NCBI GenBank assembly: GCA_030704615.1
Contig: CM060732.1
Span: 55,118,001 to 55,182,000 of the forward strand
DNA length: 64,000 bases
Reading direction: 5' to 3'
Source of the DNA: Takakia lepidozioides
Lineage: Eukaryota; Plantae; Bryophyta
The position numbers were made by a program, and so were the translations under genes. The notes beneath the pieces are model-generated. The model made no database searches. It saw only the letters and a program-made list of their open reading frames with translations, and was not told where the DNA came from. Below are positions 62,080-64,000 of this stretch, piece after piece (the stretch's first letter is position 1; every line of letters starts with the position of its first letter).

Positions 62080-64000
62080 CAGTCATTTGCAAAATAGGGG
62101 TTCCTTGTCTTGAGGCATTCAAGCAGTGCAGTCTCCCAGTCCCAGTGATGTTTTGATATTGGGCACCTTGCTTTGTCTGGTCGGCATTTTTTGGTTGGAT
62201 CTTTGGCCTGCTTAATTTCCATTGGAATCCAAGACTGTGATTGAAACGTAACCTTGCCTACGGTTGGAGAGCTCTCCACTTCCTGCAATATTTTCCTCTT
62301 ACCATCATGTAAGCTTGTTTTTCTTTTGTTGTAGGCCGTTGGACCAGACAGCAGGCCTGTAATGTGTAAAGCATATGAACTTTTCAGGGATGGAGGCCCA
62401 GGTACCAAACAGGTTGGCAAAAAAGAAAACCATGGTCTGCATGTAGTCAGTTTGGAGACATGAGATCTGTGTTCTATCAAGATGTTGGTTGGCACCATTT
62501 TGAGCACACTGGTCAGATCATCATGGCCTGTCTGGAGGGGAGCATTACTTTCAAGCTAAAAGTTAAACATTTTTGGGAGAAGCCTTGGAGCACTAATTCT
62601 CGGAGGAAGTCCTTGCCTGTCACATCAATTGTCGTCCTCATATGGCTGAGTACTTAATCTCTGACACTGTTGTTGTTGACAGCTTCTGGCTGTTGGAAAT
62701 GCCAATGGCATGATTAGTTTTACGCACATCTGTATGCAGGCTTGTTCCATGAATCTCAGGTGGCAATCAGTCCTTTCTCCGCTTCTACATTCACCATCAC
62801 ATATTGACTTACAGTTTATTGTCGACAGGATTTGTTTTTTGACCACTAGTGATAAAACATAACACAACCCACAATTTTAGGGCAGTTTACCACCAGTGTC
62901 AGCTGGCTGGGTGGCAAAGTTGCAGAAAAAATTGTTCATCTACCTGCTCTGATTAGTGTGCAGCTTTGGATGCAACACTCCAAATGGGTGATGTTCACAA
63001 GAAATTGATGAAAGTATTGCTGGGTTTGTTCTTACTTTTGCATTGCTGCTGAGTATGGACTGACACTGCAACTGCCAAGGAGGCCATGACTGCAGCCGTT
63101 TCCAGCCCTTACAGATCTAGGTGAGTCTCTTTCGCTCTCTCGTTTTCTTTTCGCCATGAGTACATCTAGGAGCTGTTAAATTGAATGAGGTGTTTGCTGT
63201 AGTTCGCGTACCTGTTATAGATCAAGTTTGAGAGATTGTAAGACAAGCATGGTAAGAGAGACAAAGGGTTTGTATACGGATTCATGTGTGACTGCCTGTT
63301 TATGATGTGGACAGGTCTGGTGACTACATGGCCATTCTTGCCAAGGTCCACTCTGCATGACGTGGTTGGCCAGTTGAAGAGCCGCTCAGCGCTATTTTGT
63401 GATCCATACCAGTGTTTGAATCTTCCACTGAATTTTATAGAGGTTGCAATGCTGGCCTGTCAGCGTCTTCTACCCAACAATGCTTTGGAAGGTCCCACAG
63501 TGTTACCTGCTCAATGAGCTGCTTAGACAGTTAGAATGGATGGATGAACCTGGAGATTATTGTAGGCCCAGTTGATTCCCAACCAACCCCATGAGTTGGG
63601 AGTTTGGCATGTATGGAGTCTGATATAAGGATTTGTCTATGGCACGCCGAAAGCAAGAGAAGAACACAACTGCAGGTTAGCCTGGCACCTGACTGGTCCT
63701 TGGAAAGTGGTGCCCCATGATAGCCCTTGAGAAGATGGCAATAGGAATTGAGCTTGTCAATGAAATTTGGCCCTTCCATCACCCACAGTATGCAACTAAA
63801 AGTTAGCCTTCCCGTCATAGGGATGTGGAGAAGGGTTGTGGAAACAATGTCTGTATATTTCTTGATTCCCACATGCAACCCTTCAACTAACTGTTCATTG
63901 ATTCAACTTCTAGTGTGCCAGCCACAGAAAGTGGCGGTTACAACCCAGTCAAAGATCCAATTCTTTCAGTCTGTCCATAGTCACATTTGTGTAGGTGAAT

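Overview
Nuclear DNA of a land plant, probably a non-seed plant such as a bryophyte or lycophyte (inferred from the gene families and PPR style). From left to right: (1) a decayed Mutator-like element (1-~9830) with the 3' half of a SWIM-finger transposase and a convergent multi-exon zinc-finger/Ulp1-protease passenger gene, saturated with GGGTTACA/TGTAACCC motifs; (2) a minus-strand gene run: Ycf33, a trihelix transcription factor that appears to splice onto a two-helix membrane anchor, a sesquipedalian-like PH/coiled-coil protein, and a ~15 kb RecQ4/BLM-type helicase; (3) a tRNA-His-derived tRNA-like cloverleaf upstream of the trihelix gene; (4) a Mug135-like pseudogene; (5) two tandem RMR vacuolar-sorting receptor paralogues, one lacking the RING domain; (6) an intact PLS-DYW RNA-editing PPR gene plus a tandem relic; (7) a pseudogenised MDR enoyl-reductase; (8) an L1 remnant and the 5' part of a second SWIM/MULE transposase. 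Introns carry many 5'-truncated 3' ends of two LINE families, one with (ATTTC)n tails. Exon boundaries were deduced by eye from splice signals and reading-frame phase. Family assignments rest on remembered motifs; no searches were run.
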